A stretch of DNA of 64,000 nucleotides, taken from positions 14,361-78,360 of the forward strand of contig JACDZI010000003.1 in NCBI GenBank assembly GCA_013426785.1, written 5' to 3'. The position numbers were made by a program, and so were the translations under genes. Under the pieces are notes generated by a model. That model had not been told where the DNA came from and did no database searches. It saw only the letters and a program-made list of their open reading frames with translations. Source of the stretch: Rhodocyclaceae bacterium (GTDB lineage: Bacteria; Pseudomonadota; Gammaproteobacteria; Burkholderiales; Rhodocyclaceae). Below, one piece after another: positions 21,315-30,287 of the stretch; position 1 is the stretch's first letter; every line of letters starts with the position of its first letter.

Positions 21315-23177
21315 TCAGGAACAACAAGGATTAAGCACTTTGATCAACGCAGACATGGCATTATCGAGCGACCCGATAATTTCATCAAGTTCGGGATCGA
21401 CCAACCCTTGCTTCAGTCGGGCATCAGCGGCCGTTGCCCACTTCTGCACCTCGACAGCGCCGAGAATTCCCGCCACGCCCTTGAGCGAGTGGGCGATGCG
21501 GCGGGCATCGGGCAGGTTGCCGCTGGCCATGTTGGCTCGCATCAGCCCCAAATCGCCGCTGTGCTCTTCGATAAAGCGGCCCAGCAACTGGCGGTAGCGG
21601 AGCTTGCGCCCCAGCAGGGAGACCAAACCGGCCTCTACATCCAGCCCAGCGAGGGCTTCGAGATCGCTGAGGTCATCCCCGGCTGTAATAGTCGGCGCTG
21701 GCGGGACGGCGATGCTGCGGTTCTTGGCCAGGTCGATTGGCGCTTGCTCCGGAGCCTTCGGGGCATCGTGGTCGATCTTGCCGCCGGCCAGGACATACAG
21801 CAGTTCATCGTGGAGATGCGCTGCCGTCCGGGGTACGGAGACGATACCGTCGAATTGTACGGCGCAGATATTCTTGGCGTCTTCGGCATCGTGATCCTTA
21901 GAGGCTACCAAGATGAGGGGCGGAATCTTGCCAAGGCGCGGCTCGCGCAATCGCCGCAGCGCATCACCCGCGAATAATTTATCGATGGCGGCGAGCGGTG
22001 CATGGCATAACACCAGATCGTAAGGCATGCCAGCCCGCACGGCGGTTTTGATACGCGTCGCGGCTTCCCGGCCATTGCGCCAGGCATAGAAGCGCATTCC
22101 CAGCTTCACCACCAGATTGCCCAGTTCGGCAATCTGCCGATCATCCTGACCAATGATGAGAACTCGGCAATGGTTCAGGTCGACTACGGGTGTAATGGGC
22201 ATGACCACTTGCGCCGGCTGAAAATCAGCCTCGAACCAGAATGTACTGCCCTTGTTCGGTTCGCTTTCGGCACCAATGCGACCGTGCATCAAGTCGGCAA
22301 CCCGGCGGCAAATCGCCAGTCCGAGCCCGGTACCGCCATGCAGGCGGGTAGTCGAATCATCCCCCTGCTCGAAGGCGCGAAATAGCCGCTCATGCGTTTC
22401 GGGGCCAAAACCGATCCCCGAATCCTGCACTTCGAAACGGACACGCTGTCCGGCATCGATCTTTGACAGATCGAGGATGTCATTGATGATTGCCAGCAGG
22501 TGCTGAGCTGCGGCCGACATCTTGAGCAAACGGCCGCGCTGTTTCGGGTCGTCGATATCCTGCAGCATCAACTGGCCCAGGGCGATGACCGCATTCATCG
22601 GCGTGCGGATCTCGTGGCTCATATTGGCGAGGAAAGAACTCTTCGCCTCGTTGGCCGCCTCGACGGCGCGGCGGCTGGCTTCCAACGCCTGCGGGGTCTG
22701 GGTCAGCTTGGCTGTGCGCTCCTCTACCAGTTTCTGAAGGTGGTGGCGATGGCGATCCAGTTCCTGCCCCATGCGCTTGCGGTCAGTGATGTCCTCCTTG
22801 ATGGCGAGGTAATGGGTGATGTGGCCGGCATCATCGTGCAACAGGGAAATCTCCGCAAACTCGGTGTATTCCTCGCCGTTCTTGCGGTGATTGATCATTT
22901 CGCCTTTCCATACATTCCCCGCTTGCAGGCAGGCGAACATGGCCTCGAAGATGGATCGAGGCGTCTTGCCCGAAGACAGTATCCTCGGGTTATGGCCGAG
23001 CAAATCTTCCCTTAGATAGCCAGACAAGTCACAGAATGTCCGATTGGCGTACACGATATTGGCTGCCAGATCGGTGATGACGATGCTGCTTGGGCTCTGC
23101 TCGACCACGAGCGCCAACTGACACAACAGGACGTCGTCGAGAGGTGGCGAGACATTATGCAAATGCGGCTTTCCCAT
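21315..23177 (-). CDS. Hybrid histidine kinase (PAS, HisKA, truncated HATPase_c lacking N-box, degenerate receiver, HPt); possibly non-functional
   Basis: SHEIRTPMNAV H-box. SKIDAG is joined directly to QRVRFEVQDSGIGF, so about 85-95 aa including the N-box are missing relative to the neighbouring kinase. The receiver-like region has LVLCH instead of LVLMD. HPt (AHSLKG) is present. Confidence 0.75.
   Translation of the reverse strand: MGKPHLHNVSPPLDDVLLCQLALVVEQSPSSIVITDLAANIVYANRTFCDLSGYLREDLLGHNPRILSSGKTPRSIFEAMFACLQAGNVWKGEMINHRKNGEEYTEFAEISLLHDDAGHITHYLAIKEDITDRKRMGQELDRHRHHLQKLVEERTAKLTQTPQALEASRRAVEAANEAKSSFLANMSHEIRTPMNAVIALGQLMLQDIDDPKQRGRLLKMSAAAQHLLAIINDILDLSKIDAGQRVRFEVQDSGIGFGPETHERLFRAFEQGDDSTTRLHGGTGLGLAICRRVADLMHGRIGAESEPNKGSTFWFEADFQPAQVVMPITPVVDLNHCRVLIIGQDDRQIAELGNLVVKLGMRFYAWRNGREAATRIKTAVRAGMPYDLVLCHAPLAAIDKLFAGDALRRLREPRLGKIPPLILVASKDHDAEDAKNICAVQFDGIVSVPRTAAHLHDELLYVLAGGKIDHDAPKAPEQAPIDLAKNRSIAVPPAPTITAGDDLSDLEALAGLDVEAGLVSLLGRKLRYRQLLGRFIEEHSGDLGLMRANMASGNLPDARRIAHSLKGVAGILGAVEVQKWATAADARLKQGLVDPELDEIIGSLDNAMSALIKVLNPCCS
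21687..21707 (-). repeat. Motif copy 7
   Basis: Plus strand aatagtcggcgctggcgggac, 1 mismatch. Inside the second hybrid kinase, sense, read as PPAPTI. Confidence 0.9.
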
Positions 23178-23201
23178 GCTCCAACAGCAATCTGGCCAGA
23201 T

Positions 23202-25535
23202 TCAATGTCCGGCAGAAGCGTAATTATGCCAGTAGTATCCTAGCAAATCACGCTCGTGCGTCCAGTGCATGCCGTCGGTTGCCAGCAGGACGCGTACCGC
23301 TCCATCCCCGTCGGTACGATGCACCCGGGCTCCGGTAGCGCGGTAACGGGCTTCGACTTCCGGCCAGGGATGCCCGAAACGGTTGCGGTAGCCGACCGGA
23401 AACACCACTTCTTTGGCGCCGACTGCGGCGACGAAGGCCGGCGTGGAGGTTTTCTTCCCGCCATGATGTGGCGCGACCAGAATGTCCGACCTGAGGGCCG
23501 AGCCGTGCCGCACCAGCAGTTCTTCTTCGGCCGGACCTTCCAGATCACCGGGAATCAGCACATTCCCATAGGCGCTATTGATCTTCAGCACGCAACTCAT
23601 CGCGTTGGTCGGGCGTTTGAAGTCGTAGTCCGCCGCCAGTGGATGCAGAATGACAAAACGCACGCCATCCCATTCCCAGCTTTCCCCGTCGTTGCAATGC
23701 CGTCCCGCCAGCGCCGACTTTTCCATGGAAGTGAGGACATCGGTTACGGGGAGCGACTTGAGTACCGAGCCAGCGCCGCCGGCATGATCGCGGTCGGCAT
23801 GGCTGACCACCAGAGCATCCAGTCGTACCACTCCGACCGCGCGCAGGTAAGGCAGGACGATGCGTCTGCCGGCATCCGCTGTTCCACCAAAATCCGGCCC
23901 GGCGTCGTACAGGAGGTCATGTGTCGTCGTCTGCACATGCACCGCCTGCCCCTGGCCGACATCGAGGATGGTCACCCCCACTTCGCCGGGTGCCGGACGC
24001 GGCGGCAATACGAGAAATAGCGGCAATAGCAGCAACGCCCCGAGCCAGCGCGTCGGGAAGCCGCATGGCAACAGCAGCCAGACCACCCCGACCAGACCCA
24101 GCGGCACCGCCCAGGGCGGCGGCGCATGTTGCTGCCACAGGGCACCTGGCCAGGTGGCCAGCCAGCCGAGGAAATCCATCAGCGGCACCAGCAGACCATA
24201 GGCCAGTTGCAACACCCAACCCAGTCCCGGCAGGCTGCCGATCAGCGCCAGCGGCGTGACCAGCAGACTGACGAGTGGAATTGCCACGGCATTGGCGAAC
24301 GGTGAAACCAGTGAAAACTGCTGGAAGAGGGCCAGCAGCAAGGGAATCAGGCCGAGGGTCATCGCCCATTGCGCCCGGCCCCATTCGACCAGCCAGTTCC
24401 GGCGGCGGCTCTGCGCGCCGGCGATGAAAAACAGCAGCGCCACTGCGGCGAAAGACAACCAGAAACCGGCGGCCAGCACCGCCCATGGATCGAACAATAG
24501 GACAACCAGCAGGGCCAGGCCGAGGGTGTGCGGCACGGCGATGGCCCGCCCCGACAACAGTGCAGCAACCACGGCGGCCAACATGATGAGGGTGCGTTGT
24601 GCCGGCACGCCGAAACCCGCCAGCAGAGCATAGGCGCAGGCACCCGCCAGTCCGGCCAGTGCCGCCGCCTTTTGGGCGGGCCAGATCAGCGGCAAGCGTG
24701 CCGACCGTCGCCACAAAAACGAGACCAACCAGGCCAGCAGCGCACCGATCATCGTGACATGCAAGCCCGAAATCGACATCAGGTGGGTGATGCCCGTCGC
24801 GGCAAACAGGCGCCACAGTTCCGGCGTAATCGCCTGCTGGTCGCCGACCGCCAGCGCAACGAGCACGCCGGCATAAGCATGCTCGGGCAGCGCCCGCAGG
24901 ATGCGAGCGCGTATTGCTTCGCGCAAGCGTTCGACTGACCAACCGGCAGTTGCCTGCCGTCCCGCCAGTGCCGACTTTTTGATGTAACCCGTGGCGCGGA
25001 TGCCGCGTTCGAACAACCAGCCTTCGGCATCGAAACCGTGGGGGTTGACGTTGCCGTGCGGCCGCTTGAGGCGCACCAAGAAGCGCCAGCGCTCGCCGGC
25101 ATGCAGCAGGGGCAGGCTGTCGGGGGCGGCATCAAGCTCGTCGCCCTCCTCCTCTACGGATTCGACCTGGCGATACCATCTGAGTGCGATGCGCGCAGGT
25201 ACGGGTGCCGGCGCCTGCTCTACCTTGAAGGTAAACCGCACGCCACGATCGAAAACTTGCGGCAGTTCGGCGACGATGCCCGTCACCTCGATGTCGCGCC
25301 CTTCCCATTCGGCCGGGAGCGCATCGGCCAACCGCCAGTGCGCGAAACCGCCGGCCCAGGCAAAACCAAGCAACGCTGAACCGAGAATGGCCACAGTGCG
25401 CCAGCGCGAGCGACCGAGCCACCACCCGCCGACACCGACGACCGCCAGCAGACCCAGAAAAGTCGGCGCTGGCAGGACGGCGACCTGTTGCAACAGCCAC
25501 ACACCCAGAGCAAAAGCCAACACCCGCCACGGCAT
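23202..25535 (-). CDS. comEC: DNA internalisation competence protein ComEC/Rec2
   Basis: 777 aa: polytopic competence domain (ATGITHLMSISGLHV) plus a C-terminal metallo-beta-lactamase domain (ILDVGQGQA ... VVSHADRDHAGG ... APHHG). Confidence 0.92.
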   Translation of the reverse strand: MPWRVLAFALGVWLLQQVAVLPAPTFLGLLAVVGVGGWWLGRSRWRTVAILGSALLGFAWAGGFAHWRLADALPAEWEGRDIEVTGIVAELPQVFDRGVRFTFKVEQAPAPVPARIALRWYRQVESVEEEGDELDAAPDSLPLLHAGERWRFLVRLKRPHGNVNPHGFDAEGWLFERGIRATGYIKKSALAGRQATAGWSVERLREAIRARILRALPEHAYAGVLVALAVGDQQAITPELWRLFAATGITHLMSISGLHVTMIGALLAWLVSFLWRRSARLPLIWPAQKAAALAGLAGACAYALLAGFGVPAQRTLIMLAAVVAALLSGRAIAVPHTLGLALLVVLLFDPWAVLAAGFWLSFAAVALLFFIAGAQSRRRNWLVEWGRAQWAMTLGLIPLLLALFQQFSLVSPFANAVAIPLVSLLVTPLALIGSLPGLGWVLQLAYGLLVPLMDFLGWLATWPGALWQQHAPPPWAVPLGLVGVVWLLLPCGFPTRWLGALLLLPLFLVLPPRPAPGEVGVTILDVGQGQAVHVQTTTHDLLYDAGPDFGGTADAGRRIVLPYLRAVGVVRLDALVVSHADRDHAGGAGSVLKSLPVTDVLTSMEKSALAGRHCNDGESWEWDGVRFVILHPLAADYDFKRPTNAMSCVLKINSAYGNVLIPGDLEGPAEEELLVRHGSALRSDILVAPHHGGKKTSTPAFVAAVGAKEVVFPVGYRNRFGHPWPEVEARYRATGARVHRTDGDGAVRVLLATDGMHWTHERDLLGYYWHNYASAGH
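23702..23722 (+). repeat. Motif copy 8 (exact)
   Basis: gtcccgccagcgccgactttt preceded by atgcc. Inside comEC, antisense, read as KSALAGR. Confidence 0.95.
24959..24979 (+). repeat. Motif copy 9
   Basis: gtcccgccagtgccgactttt, 1 mismatch (synonymous in the host frame). Inside comEC, antisense, read as KSALAGR. Confidence 0.9.
25458..25478 (-). repeat. Motif copy 10
   Basis: Plus strand aaaagtcggcgctggcaggac, 1 mismatch. Inside comEC, sense, read as LPAPTF. Confidence 0.9.
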
Positions 25536-25547
25536 TACAATGACCTC

Positions 25548-26096
25548 ATGCGCAATTGGCTACGTCGCTTCCTGCCGGACCACACTGCCGTGCATGGCAA
25601 CCGCTGGCTGGCACCCTTCCGCAACACGTTGTTGCATCCGCGCTTGTGGCACCTCAATCGCCATTCGGTCGCCGGCGGCCTGGCGGCCGGGCTGTTCTGT
25701 GGCCTGATTCCGGGAGGACCATTGCAGATGCTGGCAGCTGCCCTCTGCGCGATCCTCTTTCGCATCAACTTGCCCATCGCGATCCTGACCACACTTTATA
25801 CCAACCCCATCACCATCATCCCGCTTTATGTGGTCGCCTACGGACTGGGTCACCTTCTCCTCGGCACCGCTGTCCCGTTCACGGCACCGCCGGAATATTC
25901 TGACCGCGGCCTGCTCGCCTGGATCGAGCAGTTTGGTGCCTGGATTGCCCATCTGGGTCTGCCACTCGTCCTCGGTCTAGTCATGCTGGCGAGCGGGCTG
26001 GCCGTCGCCGGTTACGTGGGGACACGACTCGCCTGGCGCCTCTGGCTGTTGCGCAAGTGGACACTACGCAAGTCGGTCCGCCGCACTAGACCCTGA
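25548..26096 (+). CDS. DUF2062-family membrane protein
   Basis: [12 protein letters not shown] ... [27 protein letters not shown] ... typical DUF2062 N-terminus, followed by TM segments. Confidence 0.7.
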   Translation: MRNWLRRFLPDHTAVHGNRWLAPFRNTLLHPRLWHLNRHSVAGGLAAGLFCGLIPGGPLQMLAAALCAILFRINLPIAILTTLYTNPITIIPLYVVAYGLGHLLLGTAVPFTAPPEYSDRGLLAWIEQFGAWIAHLGLPLVLGLVMLASGLAVAGYVGTRLAWRLWLLRKWTLRKSVRRTRP

Positions 26097-27711
26097 AACG
26101 CGCCACCGCAGCGTCGAGGGTATGCGATTCCTCTTCGAGTTCGCTCATCGCCTGCCCGGCACCGGCAACGCTTTGCGCGTTTTCGTCGCTCATGCGGGTG
26201 ATGCCTTCCACCTGCTGGGCAATCAGATTGCTGGCCTGCGACTGTTCGCCCAGCGCTGCGGAAATATCGTGGGCAAAGCCCTGGCTCTGCCGCGAACTGG
26301 CATGGATGCGCTCGATCGACTGCTTGGCATTGGACGCATAAGTCGCCGTCGTTTCCATCTGCACGACCACCTGGTGAATGTTGCTGACTGCATGACCGGA
26401 GCTTTCCTGGATCGCCTTGATCATGCGGGTGATCTCCTCGGCCGAACTGGTGGTCTTCTCGGCCAGCTTGCGCACTTCGTCGGCAACGACGGCGAAGCCA
26501 CGCCCCTGCTCGCCGGCCCGCGCCGCCTCGATGGCGGCGTTCAACGCCAGCAGGTTGGTCTGGTCGGCCACCTCGCGGATGGTGCTGACAATGCTGGAAA
26601 TTTCGTTGGACTGCTGCCCGACACGCTTGATCACATCGGCCGATTCCCGCACCGTTCTGGAAATCTTCATCATTTCGTCGAAGGCGTTCTGGATGACGCC
26701 GACGCCTTCGGTCGCCAGTTCTGCGGATTCGCGGTTGGCTACCAGTGCCTGGCTGGCATTGTCGTGGATGTTGTTGATGCTGACGCTCATCTCCTCGACC
26801 GCGGCAGCCACGGTCGCCGTCGCATCGTTCTGACCATTCACCGATTGATTGATGTGTTCCAGTGCGGCCGACATGGAGCCGCACGAAGAAGCGGTTTTGC
26901 GCGCATTGGCGCCAATCTGGCCGATCAGGTCGCGCAAATTGCCCTGCATGCCTTCGAGCGCACGGAGCAGGTCACCGGTCTCGTCCCGGCCACGGGTATC
27001 GATCTGGTTGGTCAGGTTGCCACCCGCAATCGAAGTCGCGGTACGAATGGCCTCTAACAACGGTGCAACGATCTTGTCGGCCAGCACCAGCGCACTCACC
27101 GACGCCGCCACGAGAGCGATCAGGAAGACCACGATATCGACGACTATCGTTCTCGATGCGCTCGCGGTTCCGTCGGCAATGAACATGCTCGTCTCGGCTT
27201 TCTGTTCATTCAGCATCTTGCTCAAGTTGGCGTCGATGTCGATAAAGCGCTTGTCGGCTGCCTTCATCATGCCCGTGCCGGAGGAAACGTCGGACTCCGC
27301 CATGTCGATGGCTTGGGCGATGTTCTTGCGGTACTTGGCCAGCGGCTCCTCGATAACAGCGATTTCCTGTTTTTCATTCGCCTCGATGTCATCCCGTTCG
27401 CGGAACTGCTTCAGCAGCCCGATCGCATTGTCGGCGTGGCCCAGAACGACCGCCGTTTCCTTCTGGATGCGCGCCCCGTCCAGATTCGCCATGGTGGCAA
27501 ACAGCCGGTAGGCGCCCACATTGGCTTCCAGCAGTTCACTGCGCCCCTCGGTCAGCAAGGCGGTGTGTTGAATGCTCTTGGCAGCGATGGCGTCAAGCGT
27601 CTGTTGCATCGAGCGCATGCCGAGAATACTGACGATGCCAATCACCAGCATCAACAGGATGGCGACCAACGAAGGAATGAGAATCTTGATCTTGATTTTC
27701 ATGAGATACAC
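26086..27711 (-). CDS. Methyl-accepting chemotaxis protein (4-helix-bundle sensor, HAMP, MA domain)
   Basis: 541 aa with two TM segments and the highly conserved signalling hairpin [39 protein letters not shown]. Confidence 0.92.
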   Translation of the reverse strand: MYLMKIKIKILIPSLVAILLMLVIGIVSILGMRSMQQTLDAIAAKSIQHTALLTEGRSELLEANVGAYRLFATMANLDGARIQKETAVVLGHADNAIGLLKQFRERDDIEANEKQEIAVIEEPLAKYRKNIAQAIDMAESDVSSGTGMMKAADKRFIDIDANLSKMLNEQKAETSMFIADGTASASRTIVVDIVVFLIALVAASVSALVLADKIVAPLLEAIRTATSIAGGNLTNQIDTRGRDETGDLLRALEGMQGNLRDLIGQIGANARKTASSCGSMSAALEHINQSVNGQNDATATVAAAVEEMSVSINNIHDNASQALVANRESAELATEGVGVIQNAFDEMMKISRTVRESADVIKRVGQQSNEISSIVSTIREVADQTNLLALNAAIEAARAGEQGRGFAVVADEVRKLAEKTTSSAEEITRMIKAIQESSGHAVSNIHQVVVQMETTATYASNAKQSIERIHASSRQSQGFAHDISAALGEQSQASNLIAQQVEGITRMSDENAQSVAGAGQAMSELEEESHTLDAAVARFRV

Positions 27712-27769
27712 CCGACAGGTAATTCCCGCAGGGAATCGAGGATACGCTGCGGTTGGCTACGCCGCAAAA

Positions 27770-28228
27770 TCAGTGCTTGTAGACGCCGGCGCAAACGATC
27801 ACGTCGCCGGTCTTTTCGCAATACGCAGACTTCGGCAGGATCTTCTTGGTGGTCGGCTCGGTGAATTTGTAGTCATGCCAGAACTTGCCCTTGCTCTTGG
27901 CAAACTCGACGCGCTCCTTGACAAATTCCTTGCCGTCGGCATCGGCCAGTTCGATCAGGTCCTTGCCGACCTGTTTTTCGTTCTGGCCATGGGCCAAGCA
28001 CTTGCCGTTCATGTCATACACCACCGGGTAGAGATCGCGGTCCACCCATTTCTTGTCCTTGCCGGTGATTTCCTTGAAGGCGGCATCCTTGTTGGCGGTC
28101 ACGGCCTGCACAGCCTTGGCGACCAGGGCCTCGGCCTCCTTCGGGGTGGCGAATTCACCGGCGGCGAAGGCGGTGGAGGAAACGAGGGAAACAGCAGCAA
28201 TCAGCAAACAGGTTTTGCGCATGTCCAT
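27770..28228 (-). CDS. Secreted single Cache (sCache_2-like) domain protein
   Basis: 152 aa: signal peptide (LLIAAVSLVSSTAFA), then a Cache-like fold sequence (DLYPVVYDMNGKCLAHG ... GKFWHDYKF ... AGVYK). Confidence 0.65.
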   Translation of the reverse strand: MDMRKTCLLIAAVSLVSSTAFAAGEFATPKEAEALVAKAVQAVTANKDAAFKEITGKDKKWVDRDLYPVVYDMNGKCLAHGQNEKQVGKDLIELADADGKEFVKERVEFAKSKGKFWHDYKFTEPTTKKILPKSAYCEKTGDVIVCAGVYKH

Positions 28229-28306
28229 GCTCCTTGGGTCGGGTTACGGGAAGGGATAATATTACCCCCCGCGGCAAGGGTGCGTCCATGCCCGTTCAGC
28301 CTTAAC

Positions 28307-28984
28307 TCACTGTTCGCTCAGTCGTCCGTCCTCAAGAAAAAGTCGGCGCTGGCAGGACGCCGCCAGCGCGGCATCGTGCGTGACGATGATCAAGCTGGTT
28401 CGGAAATCGGCATTCAGGCGCAGCATCAGCGCGAATACTTCGTCGGCGGTATGCCGGTCGAGGTTGCCGGTCGGTTCGTCGGCCAGCACGCAGGCCGGCC
28501 TGGTTACCAGCGCCCGCGCCAGCGCCGCGCGCTGGCGTTCGCCGCCCGACAATTCCCCCGGCCGGTGCCTGAGCCGATCACCCAGCCCGACCTCGGCGAG
28601 GATCGCTGCTGCCTTTTCCGTCGCCTCGGCCTTGCTCATGCGCCGGATCAGCAGCGGCATGGCGACGTTTTCCTGCGCGGTGAATTCCGGCAACAGATGG
28701 TGAAACTGGTAGACAAAACCGAGGCACTCGTTGCGCAGCCGGCCGCGTTCGGTTTCCGACACTTTCGCCAGATTCTTGCCCAGCAGATGCACCGAACCGG
28801 CCGAGGGCGCATCCAGCCCACCGAGGAGGTGCAACAGGGTGCTCTTGCCCGAGCCGCTCGCCCCGACGATGGACACCGTCTCGCCTGCGCCGACTTTCAG
28901 ATCGACCCTGGCCAGCACGTGAATCACTTCCCTTCCCTGCTGGAAGGATTTGCTCAACCCCGCGCAGGCAAGCACCTCATTCAT
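28307..28984 (-). CDS. lolD: Lipoprotein-releasing ABC transporter ATP-binding protein
   Basis: [11 protein letters not shown] Walker [16 protein letters not shown] signature, [10 protein letters not shown] Walker B. Overlaps lolC/E. Confidence 0.9.
   Translation of the reverse strand: MNEVLACAGLSKSFQQGREVIHVLARVDLKVGAGETVSIVGASGSGKSTLLHLLGGLDAPSAGSVHLLGKNLAKVSETERGRLRNECLGFVYQFHHLLPEFTAQENVAMPLLIRRMSKAEATEKAAAILAEVGLGDRLRHRPGELSGGERQRAALARALVTRPACVLADEPTGNLDRHTADEVFALMLRLNADFRTSLIIVTHDAALAASCQRRLFLEDGRLSEQ
28338..28358 (-). repeat. Motif copy 11
   Basis: Plus strand aaaagtcggcgctggcaggac, 1 mismatch. Inside lolD, sense, read as CQRRLF. Confidence 0.9.
28878..28898 (+). repeat. Motif copy 12 (degenerate)
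   Basis: gtctcgcctgcgccgactttc, 3 mismatches. Inside lolD, antisense, read as KVGAGET just before Walker A. Confidence 0.6.
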
Positions 28985-30227
28985 AACGCAGCGCCTCCGC
29001 CGGATTCACGCGCGCGGCACGCCAGCTCGGGTAGAGCGTCGCCAGCAGCGTCAGCACGAAGGACGTCACGGTGATGATGCCGACATCCGCCCAGTGCAGG
29101 TCCGAAGGCAGGTCGGAGATGTAATAGACATCCTTGGCAAGGAACTGAATACCGAGCACGCGCTCAAGGAAGGGCACCACCACATCGACATTCAGCGCCA
29201 GGGCGACGCCACCCGCCACGCCCAGCGCCAGGCCGATCACGCCGATCAGCGTGCCCTGCACGATGAAGATGCGCATGATGCTGCCGGGGCTGGCCCCCAG
29301 CGTGCGCAGGATAGCGATGTCGGCGCGCTTGTCGGTGACCGTCATCACCAGCGTCGACACGATGTTGAAGGCGGCGACGGCGACGATCAAGAGCAGGATC
29401 AGGAACATCATGTTCTTTTCAATCGCCACGGCGCGGAAGAAATTGGCGTGGCTACGCGTCCAGTCCGAGACGCGCATGTCCGCGCCAATCTGCCCGGCCA
29501 GTTCGCGCACCACCGCCGGGGCGGCGAACAAGTCGTCGAGCTTGAGCCGCACGCCCGAGACGCGGTACTCCATCTGATAAAGCCGCTGCGCATCGGCCAT
29601 GTGCAGCAGCGCCAGGCCGGCGTCGTACTCGAACATGCCGACCTCGAAGATGCCGACGACGGTGAACTGTTTCATGCGCGGCAGCACGGCGGCAGGCGTC
29701 ACCATGCCCTGCGGGGCGATCAGGGTGACCTTTTCACCCACCCGGGCATGCAGCGCGTAGGCCAGTTCGGCACCGAGGATGATGTCGAACTCGCCCGGCC
29801 GCAGATCCGCCAGCGCACCCGCCTTCATGTGCTGCGCAAAGTCGGCCACGCGTTCTTCCTCCGCCGGCACAATGCCTCGCACCAGCACGCCTTTCACCTG
29901 ACCGTCCAGGGACAGCATGCCTTGCTGCTGCACGTAGGGGGCGGCCGCTAGCACGCGCGGATGCTTCGCCACCAGATCCACGGCGACCTGCCAGCGGTCC
30001 AGGTCGCCCTCGGCGCCGGAAATTTGTGCGTGGGAAGCCACGCCGAGGATGCGCGTCCGCAGTTCCTTCTGGAAGCCGTTCATCACCGACAGCACGACGA
30101 TCAACGCCGCCACGCCGAGCGCCAGGCCCAGCATGGAAATCAGCGAGATGAAGGAAATGAAGCGGTTGCCGCCGCCCGACTTGCGGGAGGCGGTGTAGCG
30201 CAGTCCGATGGTGGTTTCGATGGACAT
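28977..30227 (-). CDS. lolC: Lipoprotein-releasing system permease LolC/LolE
   Basis: 416 aa MacB-like FtsX permease ([10 protein letters not shown] ... [30 protein letters not shown]). Confidence 0.88.
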   Translation of the reverse strand: MSIETTIGLRYTASRKSGGGNRFISFISLISMLGLALGVAALIVVLSVMNGFQKELRTRILGVASHAQISGAEGDLDRWQVAVDLVAKHPRVLAAAPYVQQQGMLSLDGQVKGVLVRGIVPAEEERVADFAQHMKAGALADLRPGEFDIILGAELAYALHARVGEKVTLIAPQGMVTPAAVLPRMKQFTVVGIFEVGMFEYDAGLALLHMADAQRLYQMEYRVSGVRLKLDDLFAAPAVVRELAGQIGADMRVSDWTRSHANFFRAVAIEKNMMFLILLLIVAVAAFNIVSTLVMTVTDKRADIAILRTLGASPGSIMRIFIVQGTLIGVIGLALGVAGGVALALNVDVVVPFLERVLGIQFLAKDVYYISDLPSDLHWADVGIITVTSFVLTLLATLYPSWRAARVNPAEALRYE

Positions 30228-30263
30228 GGAGGCGTGATTCTAACCGTCGCCTCAAATCATGCC

Positions 30264-30284
30264 GTCCCGCCAGCGCCGACTTTT
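30264..30284 (+). repeat. Motif copy 13 (exact)
   Basis: gtcccgccagcgccgactttt preceded by atgcc. Intergenic, between the lolC start and the stop of the cNMP-AckA-PduL gene. Confidence 0.95.
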
Positions 30285-30287
30285 CAA

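Noticed and set aside
23697-23710. The 5' part of the motif (ATGCCGTCCC / GCCGTCTCGCC) resembles the neisserial DUS ATGCCGTCTGAA.
   Set aside because: The similarity is limited to GCCGTC(T), the DUS CTG-AA core is absent, and such strings are common in GC-rich DNA. This is not evidence of homology to the neisserial DUS.
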